In this document: positions 30,308 to 40,629 of the stretch, piece by piece
Layout: each line of letters starts with the position of its first letter
Numbering within the stretch: the first letter of the stretch is position 1
DNA from: Candidatus Latescibacterota bacterium
GTDB taxonomy: Bacteria; Latescibacterota; UBA2968; GCA-2709665
Direction of reading: 5' to 3'
DNA: 64,000 bases
Assembly (NCBI GenBank): GCA_965205485.1
Contig: OZ242180.1
Coordinates: 3,488,001-3,552,000 of the forward strand
Made by a program: the position numbers and the translations under genes
Notes under the pieces: model-generated
What the model was told of the DNA's origin: nothing
What the model saw: the letters and a program-made list of their open reading frames with translations, nothing else
Databases searched by the model: none

Positions 30308-30449
30308 GGACTTCTATCCGCTGAGGAACCGTTTTAACGGTCGCGCGGACATTCCCGTCTGCCCTTTTTGCCAGCCGTTTATTTCGCGTAATTCTGTGAC
30401 ATTCACAATCACTGGACGAGAACGGGATCTCTCCGTCCGGCCCATGAGA

Positions 30450-30600
30450 AGCGGGTAGACGCAAGACGGAAGAGGGGAGAGATTTCCTGCCTTGCAAGGT
30501 TTATTCTCGTGCCGGAGGCAAGGAGGAATAACATACCGGGCAAGTCCTTCTTCTACCTTCTCACGTCTACCGTCTCACCGCTTTTGGTCTACCCTCTACC
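30450..30600. repeat. Dispersed repeat family B, copy 2
   Basis: Aligns with 21186-21380 and the reverse complement of 54963-55097. Confidence 0.75.
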
Positions 30601-30697
30601 CGCATTCAGGTTTTTGTGATCAATTCGAACGTTGTCTTTTTCGAATTGAGGTTAACCACACCCGTTTTTGGACAGTTGTGACCACAGGAGATATCCA

Positions 30698-32602
30698 ATG
30701 AGTAACGCACCCGCCCGGCGCGCCATTGTCGCAGGCATGGACGGCGCCAGCATGGAACTGGTGAAGAACATGGCCGACGCGGGCCATATGCCCAACGTGC
30801 GCGCTTTGATGGAGGCGGGCGTCTGGCGGCCCATGGTCGGCGTCTTTCCCACGCTCACGCCTCCGGGGTGGACGGCCCTGTCCACCGGATCGTGGCCGGG
30901 CACCCACGGGATCATGGACTTCAATATCCGCCACGTTGGGGAGCCCCTGGACCGCACCCTGTGGGGCATCGACACCTCCCTGTCACGTTCGGAGTACATC
31001 TGGAACGCCTTCGAGCGGGGCGGCCGAACGCCGATCCTGGTGAAGTGGGAGATGTCGTGGCCGCCAACGGTGCGCACTGGCGTGCAGGTTGAGGGCACGG
31101 GTCCCGGCGTTTCCAACCACCACCAGGTGGCGGGCTATCATTTGTTCGTCGCCGGCAAATGGGCGCCAAGGCGGCTCGAGGCGCAGCGCGACCCGGAAAC
31201 CCTGGACCCGAGCGCGCTGCAGGGGGTGCGCGAGTTCGATCCTGTGACGCTGTCGGACGCCGTGGGATGGTCAGGCGCGCCCGAATCGAAGCGACCGCCG
31301 AAGGAGGCGGTCCTCACCATCCTGTCGCTGGCGAGGGGCCGGGAGGGCATGAAGCGGGGTCGGGAGGGCGCCCCCGTACCACTCCACGCGCTGATTTACG
31401 CCGCCGGCGCCGGCGGCTACGACCGGGTGCGTCTCTGCCGGTCGAAGGACGCGTCAAAGCCGCTGGCCGACCTGGGGGTAGGGGAGTGGAGCGAGTGGTG
31501 GCTGGACAACTTCGAGATCGACGGCGGGCAGGTGCGCGGGTACGTCCGTGCCAAGCTGATCACGCTGACGCCCGAGGCCGACGCCTTCGAGCTCTTCATC
31601 CCCCAGATCTGGCCGCCCGACGGGTACACGAAGCCGGCCTCCGTGGCCAACGAGATCGACCGGAACGTGGGCAACTTTCTTCAGAATCCGGCCCGCGACG
31701 CCCTCGGCCTGATCGACGACGATACGTATTTCGAGCTGCTGGAGTTCCACCACCAGCGCCTGGCGGACGTGGCGGAATATCTCGCCGGCTCACGGGACTG
31801 GGACCTGCTGATGACGGAGACCCACGCCTCGGACTACACCAGCCACTTCTTCCTGCGCGCCGCCGATCCCCACTCCGGGGCGCCTCCGGAGGTGCAGCGT
31901 CGCTGCCGCGAAGGCGTGGAGCGCACCTACGCCTCCATCGACCGCTGGATCGGACGCCTGCGAGAGCTCTCCGGGGACGATACCGCCTTCTTTCTGGTCT
32001 CCGACCACGGCGGCACATCCCAGCAGCATACCGTCGTCAACGTCGCGGCGGTGCTGGAGCAGGCCGGTTTTCTGAAATACACGGGCAGCGGGTCCAACCG
32101 CGGCATCGACTGGTCGCGGACTCGCGCGGCGGACGTGGGCCTGGTACACATCTTCGTGAACCTGAAGGGGCGCGAGCCCGGCGGCATCGTGGATCCCGCG
32201 GACTACAACGCCGTCTGCCAGGACATTATCCAGGCATTGTACGACCATGTAGATCCGGCCACGGGGCGGCGGACATTCGCGCTGGCCGTCACGCGCGAAG
32301 ACGCGGAGATGGTAAACCTGTGGTCGGACCGCGTGGGCGACGTCGTCTACGCCCTGCGTCCGGAGTACGACGGCGCCCATGGCAAGCAGTTGCCGTCCGT
32401 GGCCTTCGGGATGGCCGGCCAGCACTCGACCTTCATTGCAGCCGGCGCCGGCGTGCGCCCGGCGGGGCGCCTCGAGCGGCAGGTGCGCGTCATCGACGTG
32501 GCGCCGACGGTCTGCTACCTCACGGGCGCGCCCATGCCGCGTAACGTCGAGGGCGGCGTGATCTACGAGGCCGTGGTGGACCGGGACCTGCACCGGTCCT
32601 GA
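30698..32602 (+). CDS. Alkaline phosphatase superfamily phosphodiesterase / nucleotide pyrophosphatase
   Basis: GMDG, PTLTPPGWTALSTG..HGI, SDHG, IDWSRT, DVAPT; CAGGAG RBS. Confidence 0.92.
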   Translation: MSNAPARRAIVAGMDGASMELVKNMADAGHMPNVRALMEAGVWRPMVGVFPTLTPPGWTALSTGSWPGTHGIMDFNIRHVGEPLDRTLWGIDTSLSRSEYIWNAFERGGRTPILVKWEMSWPPTVRTGVQVEGTGPGVSNHHQVAGYHLFVAGKWAPRRLEAQRDPETLDPSALQGVREFDPVTLSDAVGWSGAPESKRPPKEAVLTILSLARGREGMKRGREGAPVPLHALIYAAGAGGYDRVRLCRSKDASKPLADLGVGEWSEWWLDNFEIDGGQVRGYVRAKLITLTPEADAFELFIPQIWPPDGYTKPASVANEIDRNVGNFLQNPARDALGLIDDDTYFELLEFHHQRLADVAEYLAGSRDWDLLMTETHASDYTSHFFLRAADPHSGAPPEVQRRCREGVERTYASIDRWIGRLRELSGDDTAFFLVSDHGGTSQQHTVVNVAAVLEQAGFLKYTGSGSNRGIDWSRTRAADVGLVHIFVNLKGREPGGIVDPADYNAVCQDIIQALYDHVDPATGRRTFALAVTREDAEMVNLWSDRVGDVVYALRPEYDGAHGKQLPSVAFGMAGQHSTFIAAGAGVRPAGRLERQVRVIDVAPTVCYLTGAPMPRNVEGGVIYEAVVDRDLHRS

Positions 32603-32631
32603 TCCGGAGCGGCGGGAGATATGGATTGCCA

Positions 32632-33735
32632 ATGGATTTATCGCTGACACGTACCGTCGATCTGCTTGAGGCAGGCGTCGAAGAGGGTCTCCATCCGGGC
32701 GCTCAACTCTACGTGTCCGTCGACGGCAGTGCCGTCGCGGACGTGTCAGTCGGGAATGCCACGACAACCCGGGCGATGACGAGTGACACCATAACCGTCT
32801 GGATGTCGTTGACCAAGGGCATCACCGCGGTTGCCGTCGCCCAGATGTGGGAGAAGGGCCGGATCGGAATAGACGATCCGGTCTGCGCCCACCTGCCGGA
32901 TTTCGGCGTCCGCGGGAAAGCGCGTCTGACGTTTAGGCATCTGCTGACGCATACCGCCGGGATCGGCCCCGTTGACGTCGCGTGGTCGAAATCCTCATGG
33001 GAAGAAATCGTCGCCGGAATATGCGATGCGCCCTTGCGGGAAGGCTGGGCGCCGGGGATGCGGGCGCGATACGACGTGGCGAATGCCTGGTTCGTGCTTG
33101 CCGAGGTCGTTTCACGCAAGAGTGGCATGCGCTTCGACCGATACGTCCATCGGGAGATTTTCGATCCGCTCGATATGCCCAACTGCAGCCTCTCGATGGA
33201 TTCATCGACGTATCAGGCGAGGAAGGACCGGATCGGATTGATGTACAATACCGCTGCCGAAACGCCGGAGCCGTCGCACTACAGCGTGGATCTGGATCGA
33301 ACGATCGGTCAATGCGTGCCGGGTGGGAGCGGCAGGGGACCGGCGAGGGAGTTGGGACGCTTCTACGAAATGCTTCTCGGGAAAGGCCGGTTCAGCGGGA
33401 AGACGATCCTGCTTCCGCAGACGGTTGAAGCGATTACAGCCCGGCATCGAAGCGGCCTGAAGGACGAAATCCTGGGTCATATTGTGGACATGGGTCTGGG
33501 TTTCTACGTCAACTCGAACATCTACGGCGAGGAGTCGGTTCCGTACGGCTTCGGGCGCTACGCCTCACCCCGCGCGTTTGGCAATGCAGGCTATCAGTCG
33601 TCCATCGCCTTCGTGGATCCCGATGCGAGCCTGGTTGTCGTCTGCATCTTCAACGGCACGCCTGGAGAAGACGCCCATCAGGTCCGCAACAGAGAGACGA
33701 ATAGCGCCATCTATGAGGATCTCGGTTTGGCTTAG
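32632..33735 (+). CDS. Serine hydrolase (beta-lactamase-related)
   Basis: SLTK (SxxK), LLTHTAG, PG..RY, FGNAG. Confidence 0.9.
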   Translation: MDLSLTRTVDLLEAGVEEGLHPGAQLYVSVDGSAVADVSVGNATTTRAMTSDTITVWMSLTKGITAVAVAQMWEKGRIGIDDPVCAHLPDFGVRGKARLTFRHLLTHTAGIGPVDVAWSKSSWEEIVAGICDAPLREGWAPGMRARYDVANAWFVLAEVVSRKSGMRFDRYVHREIFDPLDMPNCSLSMDSSTYQARKDRIGLMYNTAAETPEPSHYSVDLDRTIGQCVPGGSGRGPARELGRFYEMLLGKGRFSGKTILLPQTVEAITARHRSGLKDEILGHIVDMGLGFYVNSNIYGEESVPYGFGRYASPRAFGNAGYQSSIAFVDPDASLVVVCIFNGTPGEDAHQVRNRETNSAIYEDLGLA

Positions 33736-33987
33736 TCTGTTCAGCCTCCGGTTTCTGCCATCACCTGCCAGCCCTCCGCGACCCCTCCAAGTGTCCGTTT
33801 TCGAACATTTCTGTATCAAAAATGAACACAATCCGGTGGATACTTCTTCCTGCCTGCTACATATAACTTCCTGAAAAATATGCATATGGATATTTGGCAC
33901 GGTTTTTGATATTTCTGGATTAATCTATCGTCTGCCGTATGTGTCAATCCTGCAGACCGCTACACAGATCAATAGGTGTCGCCGGTT

Positions 33988-36414
33988 ATGTTCCGAAACG
34001 TGCTCCTCATCACCATACGCAATATGCGTCGTTACAAGCTCTATTCGGCCATAAATATCGCTGGGTTAGCGGTGGGGATCGCGTGCTGCCTGATGATCGG
34101 GCTACTGATACAGGATGAACTGCGATACGACCGATTTCACGAGCACGCCGATCGTATCTTTCGGCTCACAACCTGGATCGAAATCAATCACCCAAAGGCG
34201 AATGCGCATCTCGGCCCAAGGCTTGTTGACGATTTTCCCGAAGTTGAACAGGTCGTCCGCTTGGCGCGCGTGCCAACACAAACGTTGGTCGAATACCAGG
34301 ATCGGGAATTCCTCGAGGAAGAACTGTTGTATGCAACCCCCGAATTCTTCGACGTATTCTCGTTTACACTCGTTCTGGGCGATCCCACGACCGCGCTGGC
34401 GGCGCCCGATGCGATCGTGATTTCCCAGGACATGGCAAAACGCTTTTTCGGCGACGCAAATCCCATAGGCAAGCCATTGCGGATATCCTTGCGGTTGAAG
34501 ACAACCACACTTCAGGTTACGGGCGTACTCGGAGACCCTCCCCGGCACTCTCATATTAAATTCCGGGGGCTTGTTTCCTATGCAGCATATTCCAGTGGTG
34601 AACGTAAATTTTCAGGCGCCTACACGTATCTCCTCCTGGACGATAAGGCAACGACACAGAAATTCGTTGACAAGCTCCGCGACTGGCTGCCTCATCAGTT
34701 TACAGCCGACGAGGATGATGACAAATCCGTCGCCAGCGCATCCACTTCCTCTAGACCATTTCGGCTGATGCCACTTACTGATATCCATTTGCATTCTCAT
34801 ATGGAGCAGGAACTGGGCGCCAATCGCGACATTAATGAATTGTATTTGTTTGGTTCGGTGGGAGTTCTCATCCTGCTGATTGCCTGCGCGAACTACACGA
34901 ATATGGCCACGGCGCGTTCAGCCAACCGGGCCCGGGAAGTGGGGCTGCGCAAGGTAATGGGTGCCGACCGCGGGCAATTGATCCGGCAATTCATGGGCGA
35001 AGCCGTTCTTGTCACCATACTTGCATTTGTCGGTGCCGTAGTGCTCACAGAGATATTTCTTCCAATCCTGAATGCTGGTGTCGGCAAGTCCCTCGGCATA
35101 ACTTACGGCGGCCGTTTCTTTTGTATCCTAGCTGCGGCGGCACTGGCGGTCGGGGTACTAGCAGGAAGCTATCCGGCATTCTTCTTGTCGCGTTTTCGCC
35201 CCATAGTGATGTTAAAGAAACTTTCAATAACCACACACAGGAGCGTGGGATTTCGCAAGAGTCTTGTGGTCATCCAGTTCGTAATCTCAATTGGCCTGAT
35301 CGGTACGACAGCCGTGGTGATGAGACAGTTGCATTTCACAAAGAACAAGAATCTGGGCTTTGATACACGGAATGTGGTGGTACTCGATACGGAGGGAATC
35401 GAGTGGAGTGTGTATTCCGCGGAGCATCGTTTCCGCACTATAAAAGACGAACTGAAGCGGCACCCGGACATCCTCAATGTGTCACTGGCCTCTGTCGTGC
35501 CGGGCGAGGACTATTGGCCCACATCCCAGTATACCCTGATCGACTCGCCTGGCAGCCAACCGAAGTCCATCAAGACAATGTTTATCGATCAGGACTACCT
35601 GGAGACGTTGGGTATTGAACTTATCGCCGGGCAGAATTTCGCGTCCATTTTCGCCAAAAGATCGAATGACGCTGTCATTCTCAATGAATTAGCGGCGGGA
35701 GAGATGGGTATCGGTCGTACAACCGGTCAGAGGGTGCACATGAAGTTTTGGATGATTGAAACGACTGGCACTATTGTGGGTATTGTGCGAGACTTCCATA
35801 TTAGGTCGCTGCATCACAGAATCGAACCATTGGCGTTACGACTAAATCTTGATGGAAAGTTTGTTTGGAATGCCACTGAAATTGCCGCAAAATTGCGACC
35901 CGGTACTGTCCAGTCCGCGCTGCCATACCTGAGAGAAAAATGGGCTGTTTTTGCCCCCTCGCAATACTTCCGCTATACCTTTCTCGACACCTATTTTGAT
36001 TTCGATCAGTTATATCAACAGGAAACGCGATTGATGCGCGTTTTCGGCGCATTCTCGGGACTGGCGGTTTTTGTGGCGTTTCTTGGGTTGTTCGGTCTCG
36101 CATCTTTCACCGCTGAGAGTCGCACCAGAGAAATCGGCATCCGGAAGGTTCTCGGCGCATCCGTTTCCAATGTCGTCCTCCTCATAACCAGAGATTTCGT
36201 AGTTCTGGTGACTATCGCCATCGTCATCACGTGGCCGGTCACGTATTTGGGCGCGGAGAGGTGGCTGGAGAACTTCGCCTATCGGGTCGACGTTGGCTGG
36301 TGGACCTTTGCGCTTTCCGGCGCATTGGCGCTCGGCCTGGCTCTGGTGACCGTCGGCTGGTATGCTCGCAGAGCCGCTCGCGCCAATCCGGCGGATGTCT
36401 TGCGGCATGAATGA
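33988..36414 (+). CDS. ABC transporter permease, duplicated MacB/FtsX type
   Basis: YSAINIAGLAVG, LLIACANYTN, REVGLRKVMGA, NLGF, REIGIRKVLGA, ANPADVLRHE. Confidence 0.93.
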   Translation: MFRNVLLITIRNMRRYKLYSAINIAGLAVGIACCLMIGLLIQDELRYDRFHEHADRIFRLTTWIEINHPKANAHLGPRLVDDFPEVEQVVRLARVPTQTLVEYQDREFLEEELLYATPEFFDVFSFTLVLGDPTTALAAPDAIVISQDMAKRFFGDANPIGKPLRISLRLKTTTLQVTGVLGDPPRHSHIKFRGLVSYAAYSSGERKFSGAYTYLLLDDKATTQKFVDKLRDWLPHQFTADEDDDKSVASASTSSRPFRLMPLTDIHLHSHMEQELGANRDINELYLFGSVGVLILLIACANYTNMATARSANRAREVGLRKVMGADRGQLIRQFMGEAVLVTILAFVGAVVLTEIFLPILNAGVGKSLGITYGGRFFCILAAAALAVGVLAGSYPAFFLSRFRPIVMLKKLSITTHRSVGFRKSLVVIQFVISIGLIGTTAVVMRQLHFTKNKNLGFDTRNVVVLDTEGIEWSVYSAEHRFRTIKDELKRHPDILNVSLASVVPGEDYWPTSQYTLIDSPGSQPKSIKTMFIDQDYLETLGIELIAGQNFASIFAKRSNDAVILNELAAGEMGIGRTTGQRVHMKFWMIETTGTIVGIVRDFHIRSLHHRIEPLALRLNLDGKFVWNATEIAAKLRPGTVQSALPYLREKWAVFAPSQYFRYTFLDTYFDFDQLYQQETRLMRVFGAFSGLAVFVAFLGLFGLASFTAESRTREIGIRKVLGASVSNVVLLITRDFVVLVTIAIVITWPVTYLGAERWLENFAYRVDVGWWTFALSGALALGLALVTVGWYARRAARANPADVLRHE

Positions 36415-36898
36415 TACCCGGAAGGCCGGGCAACTCGGTTCTTTCCTATGCATATCGCTGTCATGATCAAAAGCTGATTTGTGTATTGATCCCGCTTGCA
36501 GGTTTCTTCAGTTAAACCGTGCCTCGATTCACGCAGGACCAGCGCAAATTAGAACTGCACGGTCCCCCGTAGAATCCCTGAACACGCCCGCCGCATCTCG
36601 CAGAATCCACTGCAGTCGAACCTCCACCTGCCGATATTTCCAACCTGTCCCCAAATAGATCGCGCCAAGCATCGCATATAGGAATTCGAGAGTATTCTGC
36701 GTTTTTCTAATTTTCCCATATGATGTTTAATAACAGGTAATTTTACATATCTGTTGCCGGGTTTCCTGTGCAGAAACGGGGGAGGGGGGACTTGATTTTG
36801 CGGCACTTGAATAGCATATTCATTCCGTAGTCTCCGATCGTTACAAGAAAAGATGGTTCAAACCCGGCGAATCGCTTGAGAAAGCAGGACCCCCGATT

Positions 36899-37867
36899 AT
36901 GCCAGCGAATGAGATTGTCTTGAAATGGGCGCCTCGGGTGAAACAGGCGCGAATCCGGCGTCTCTATCGCTTCGCCAGCCTGGGCATCTACGATGAAGAT
37001 GCGCTCGATGACGTGGGGACATCACTTTATGCCCGCAGTCTGGATATTGCGACAGTCGCCGATGCATTCCAGTACGGTCGGGTGACGTGTCCGAAATGCC
37101 GTACACCGGTTCAGCGTCGAATAGATCCCCTTTACGGTCTGGGCTGGCACGGCGAGCGTGGCCGGTGGTTTCACTGTCCGCACTGTGCCAGTCGCCTCTT
37201 GTGGACGGAGTGCCGTAAGGCGCTTCGCGAAAAGCCCCGCTGTTTTGACTGCCGTACGTTGCTGAAAGGGAAGAATCCGCTCAGGTGCAAATGCGGAACG
37301 GAATGGGATCCCCAGGCATACCACCGTTCCGTTGGATCCCGCGTACGGCTTCCCTGCCCGGCATGCCACGAAGTGATTCGCAGACCGGAGCGTCCGGAAA
37401 GTCCACGAAAACAACGCCAATCTACAGTTGAACGGTTACAATGTCCCGTATGCCGGCGTTCAGCCCATCACTCCGGTGGCGAAATCACGTGTGACGGCTG
37501 CGGTTATCGGCGCAGGTGGAGGGATTATCGGAAAGGGCTCAAGAAACGCGACGAGAGACTCGAATGCCTGTGCTGCGGTCACGCCTTCACCTGGCAGGTC
37601 TGGCGTAAGAGCGTGAAGCCCCTCACCACGGGCAATCCGCAACCCGCGCGAGACTTCGTGCGTTTATGGCCGATATGCCGGACACCGGAACAGCGTATGT
37701 TACAGATCGATTTGCTCCTTCAGACTCTGCATGGCCGCGGCCCATTGGCCCCGCTTTTCATCGAAGGGGACGAGCGCAGTATTCGTGCGCTACTCGACGA
37801 ATTGGCATCGCAGGTCCTCACACATGGAAGACCGGAAAGAAGCCTTGTCGCTGAACAAGTGCGGTAA
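36899..37867 (+). CDS. Multi-zinc-ribbon hypothetical protein
   Basis: Seven CxxC plus one CxC between helical N- and C-terminal segments; very basic. Confidence 0.8.
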   Translation: MPANEIVLKWAPRVKQARIRRLYRFASLGIYDEDALDDVGTSLYARSLDIATVADAFQYGRVTCPKCRTPVQRRIDPLYGLGWHGERGRWFHCPHCASRLLWTECRKALREKPRCFDCRTLLKGKNPLRCKCGTEWDPQAYHRSVGSRVRLPCPACHEVIRRPERPESPRKQRQSTVERLQCPVCRRSAHHSGGEITCDGCGYRRRWRDYRKGLKKRDERLECLCCGHAFTWQVWRKSVKPLTTGNPQPARDFVRLWPICRTPEQRMLQIDLLLQTLHGRGPLAPLFIEGDERSIRALLDELASQVLTHGRPERSLVAEQVR

Positions 37868-37905
37868 ATGGCTGAAACGAACGAACGCGCCGAAACGGAA
37901 AAACA

Positions 37906-38379
37906 ATGATCAGAAGAAGAGTCGTAAGAGCGGTGATGTTGACGCCGGACCGTCATATACTGTTGATGAGGGTGCAGGAGCCCGTATCTGGAATCGAGTT
38001 CTGGGTAACTCCAGGCGGGGGCCTTGAGCCCGGTGAGTCTGACGAGGATGCGCTTCGCCGCGAGATCGCCGAGGAGACTGGAGCCACGAAGTTTTTTCCA
38101 GGACAACTGGTCTGGTCCAGACAGTGCGAATTCACGTGGGACAGCCGCGACTACAGCCAGCACGAGTACTTCTATCGGGTTCAGACCGACCGTTTCGAAC
38201 CCGTCATGGACGGGAATCCCGCTCAGGGCGAGGCCTCAGCCTTCCGGGAGTTCCGATGGTGGTCTGTCGAAGCCATCGGCAGGTCTGAAGAGACATTCTC
38301 GCCGCGGGACCTTCATTCTCTATTGGTGAGTCTATCAAGGAACGAAACGGCGGCGGGACCGTTTGACGTGGACCAGTGA
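37906..38379 (+). CDS. NUDIX hydrolase
   Basis: PGGGLEPGESDEDALRREIAEETG Nudix box. Confidence 0.93.
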   Translation: MIRRRVVRAVMLTPDRHILLMRVQEPVSGIEFWVTPGGGLEPGESDEDALRREIAEETGATKFFPGQLVWSRQCEFTWDSRDYSQHEYFYRVQTDRFEPVMDGNPAQGEASAFREFRWWSVEAIGRSEETFSPRDLHSLLVSLSRNETAAGPFDVDQ

Positions 38380-38452
38380 GAAGGAGTCGGACGCCGAACT
38401 CCGATCAGTAACTCCGCCACGGGCATCAGGCTTGTATTCGGCGGTTTTTTTG

Positions 38453-38481
38453 TTGCCGAAGGTTAACAAATATGTTATCTT
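38453..38481 (+). promoter_or_regulatory. TA promoter with palindromic operator
   Basis: TTGCCG-17-TATCTT overlapping TAACA-aata-TGTTA. Confidence 0.65.
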
Positions 38482-38492
38482 CATAGATGGAC

Positions 38493-38854
38493 ATGCGCGT
38501 TGAGTTTTATCGACGAAGATCGAAAATGCCCAGTTGAGAGCTTTCTTGGAATCTGGTCCCAAGACAGGCGCAAAAGGTCTTATGGGTGTTCAGACTCTCG
38601 AACGCATGGACAGGATTCCTGCGAACCACTTCAAGAAGCTGGCCGGTACAGCGAATATCTGGGAATGCAGGATTCCAACGCAAAGGGGAAACTATCGCTT
38701 CTTCGGGTTTTTTGTCAAAGGAAACAGACTCATTCTCACCCATGGATACTTGAAGAAGACTCAGGAGAGCTCAAAGATCGATCCTCGAGAAATCAGGAGA
38801 GCGGAGAGTTACATGAGAAATTATGTGAATCGTCACAGGGAGCAGGAATCATGA
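38493..38854 (+). pseudogene. RelE/ParE (Gp49-like) toxin with several frameshifts in the 5' third
   Basis: MRVEFYR / CPVESFL / RQAQKVLWVFRL / ERMDRIPANHFKKLAGTANIWECR..THGYLKKTQ read across several frame changes. Confidence 0.75.
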
Positions 38855-39126
38855 GTGATGTCGAAAAGTATATTGCGCGGCGAAAAACGTCAGATCCGGA
38901 ATTTGCAGAGGGTTTTGAGGAAGGGTACAAGGAGTTCGAATTCGGCGTTTTGCTTCGGCAGGCCCGACAGGAAGCCGGTTTGACGCAGGAGCAACTCGCC
39001 AGGTTGATGCATACAAAGAAAACAGCGATTTCGCGCCTGGAAAACCGTGCCGGAGACATTCGGCTGTCAACGCTGAGAAAAGCGGCGAGGGCGTTGGGTA
39101 AAGAACTGGTATTGAACCTCAAGTAG
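38851..39126 (+). CDS. XRE-family HTH antitoxin
   Basis: ATGA overlap with toxin; RQARQEAGLTQEQLA..KTAISRLEN. Confidence 0.9.
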   Translation: MSDVEKYIARRKTSDPEFAEGFEEGYKEFEFGVLLRQARQEAGLTQEQLARLMHTKKTAISRLENRAGDIRLSTLRKAARALGKELVLNLK

Positions 39127-39170
39127 GTTAAGGTCCCACGACGGGGATTCGGCAATCGCCTCGCGCCTTC

Positions 39171-39809
39171 ATGCAAACGCTCATTCTTGTGAAGCATTCG
39201 CTGCCGGAGATCGATCCGTCCGTCCCCGCGAAGGAATGGCGGCTTTCCTTCGAAGGGCGCCGGCGCGCACGGATACTTGGTGAGCGATTGGACCGGTATA
39301 GTCTGGATCTGATCGTCAGCAGTGCGGAACCCAAGGCCATTGAAACGGCTGAAATCGCGGCTGGCGTTCTGAATGTTCGGATGGAAGTCGTCGAAGGGCT
39401 GCACGAACATGAGCGCGTCAACGTCGGCTTCCTGGAGAAGGAGCGATTCGAGCAATCGATCAGGCAATTCTACGAGCAACCCGCCGATCAGGTTTTCGGT
39501 GAGGAGACAGCCGATAGCGCGTATGTAAGGTTTTCAGAGGCCATTAACGGAATTACGAAGAGGTCCCGAGAGAAGAACGTAGCGATTGTCACTCACGGTA
39601 CTGTAATGAGCCTGTTTGTCAGCCGCAATTCCGACCTGGAACCGTTCGCTTTGTGGAAGAAGCTGGGTCTGCCGTCCTGTGTCGTCCTGTCCCGACCGGC
39701 TTTTGACGTGGTCGAGATATGCCCGAACATCGGGGATGAGGAATCCATTGGCGGGGAGGAGCCGCACAATGACTCCGGCATTCGCCGATCGGGACCCGTC
39801 GAGGGTTGA
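39171..39809 (+). CDS. Histidine phosphatase family protein
   Basis: LVKHS (RH variant), SSAEPKAIETA, LHE, VTHG. Confidence 0.85.
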   Translation: MQTLILVKHSLPEIDPSVPAKEWRLSFEGRRRARILGERLDRYSLDLIVSSAEPKAIETAEIAAGVLNVRMEVVEGLHEHERVNVGFLEKERFEQSIRQFYEQPADQVFGEETADSAYVRFSEAINGITKRSREKNVAIVTHGTVMSLFVSRNSDLEPFALWKKLGLPSCVVLSRPAFDVVEICPNIGDEESIGGEEPHNDSGIRRSGPVEG

Positions 39810-39839
39810 CTGTCAGTGTGTGGTATTTCGTGTGCTACT

Positions 39840-40283
39840 ATGGACGGATTGAGGATTCGCAAGGCGGATTCGGCGGACGTTGACTTCACTTTTTTGGTAA
39901 AGGAGGCGGCGTTCCGGGAATACGTTGAAAGGGTCTGGGGCTGGGACGACGTCGATCAGCGAGAGTTGCATGAATTGCGGTTTGCTTCACAGGATGTGCG
40001 AATTATCCAGTATAAAGGGATTGACGTCGGTTACTTTTCCACGTCCGCGACCGCCGATCAGGTCAGAATTTATCAGATTTTCATCCTTCCTGAATACGAA
40101 CGGAAGGGGCTCGGGTCGGCGTGCATGAGCCGCACGGTCGCTGATGCCCACGCTCAGGGAAAGGACGTGACGCTGCAAGTACTGAAGATCAACACCCGCG
40201 CCACCGCGTTCTACCTGAGGCTGGGATTCGAGATCGTCGACGAAGACGATACGCACGTTCAGATGATTAGTCTGGCAAAGTGA
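39840..40283 (+). CDS. GNAT family N-acetyltransferase
   Basis: ILPEYERKGLGS, NTRATAFYLRLGF. Confidence 0.9.
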   Translation: MDGLRIRKADSADVDFTFLVKEAAFREYVERVWGWDDVDQRELHELRFASQDVRIIQYKGIDVGYFSTSATADQVRIYQIFILPEYERKGLGSACMSRTVADAHAQGKDVTLQVLKINTRATAFYLRLGFEIVDEDDTHVQMISLAK

Positions 40284-40308
40284 AACCGATCAGTCTTTAC
40301 AAATACTC

Positions 40309-40347
40309 TTGCTGTCTGAAGGAAAATTGTATATACTTCGTATATAC
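40309..40347 (+). promoter_or_regulatory. mazEF promoter/operator
   Basis: TTGCTG-17-TATACT overlapped by the palindrome GTATATAC-ttc-GTATATAC. Confidence 0.7.
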
Positions 40348-40380
40348 GCAATGGATTGAGCGATTTTAAGGAGGTAGCCG

Positions 40381-40629
40381 ATGGTGACGAAAGTACAAAA
40401 ATGGGGCAACAGCCAGGGACTTCGCTTCTCCAAAGCGATTATGACGGAGGCTCGAATCAATGTTGGAGATCAGGTCAACGTCTCCGTTAAAGACGGACAG
40501 ATCATCGTCGAACCGTTGACTAAAGTTCGGGGCAAATACGATTTGCGCGAACTGGTCTCCAGGATGCCTTCGGATTATCAGGTCGAAGAATCGGATTGGG
40601 GAGCGTCCACAGGAAAAGAGGCCTGGTAA
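40381..40629 (+). CDS. mazE: MazE/AbrB antitoxin
   Basis: KVQKWGNSQGLR, C-terminal DWG..GKE.W; AAGGAGGT RBS. Confidence 0.95.
   Translation: MVTKVQKWGNSQGLRFSKAIMTEARINVGDQVNVSVKDGQIIVEPLTKVRGKYDLRELVSRMPSDYQVEESDWGASTGKEAW

Noticed and set aside
31159..32544. Long alternative-frame or antisense ORFs (also 16665-17786, 29129-30232, 58804-59856)
   Set aside because: Shadows of GC-rich real genes with no motifs of their own
32632..33735. True beta-lactamase resistance gene
   Set aside because: SxxK is present but there is no signal peptide or KTG motif; more consistent with an esterase-type serine hydrolase
38500..38850. 208-aa version of the XRE antitoxin in the ORF track
   Set aside because: The N-terminal part overlaps the frameshifted toxin; the real start is ATG 38851, coupled to the toxin stop
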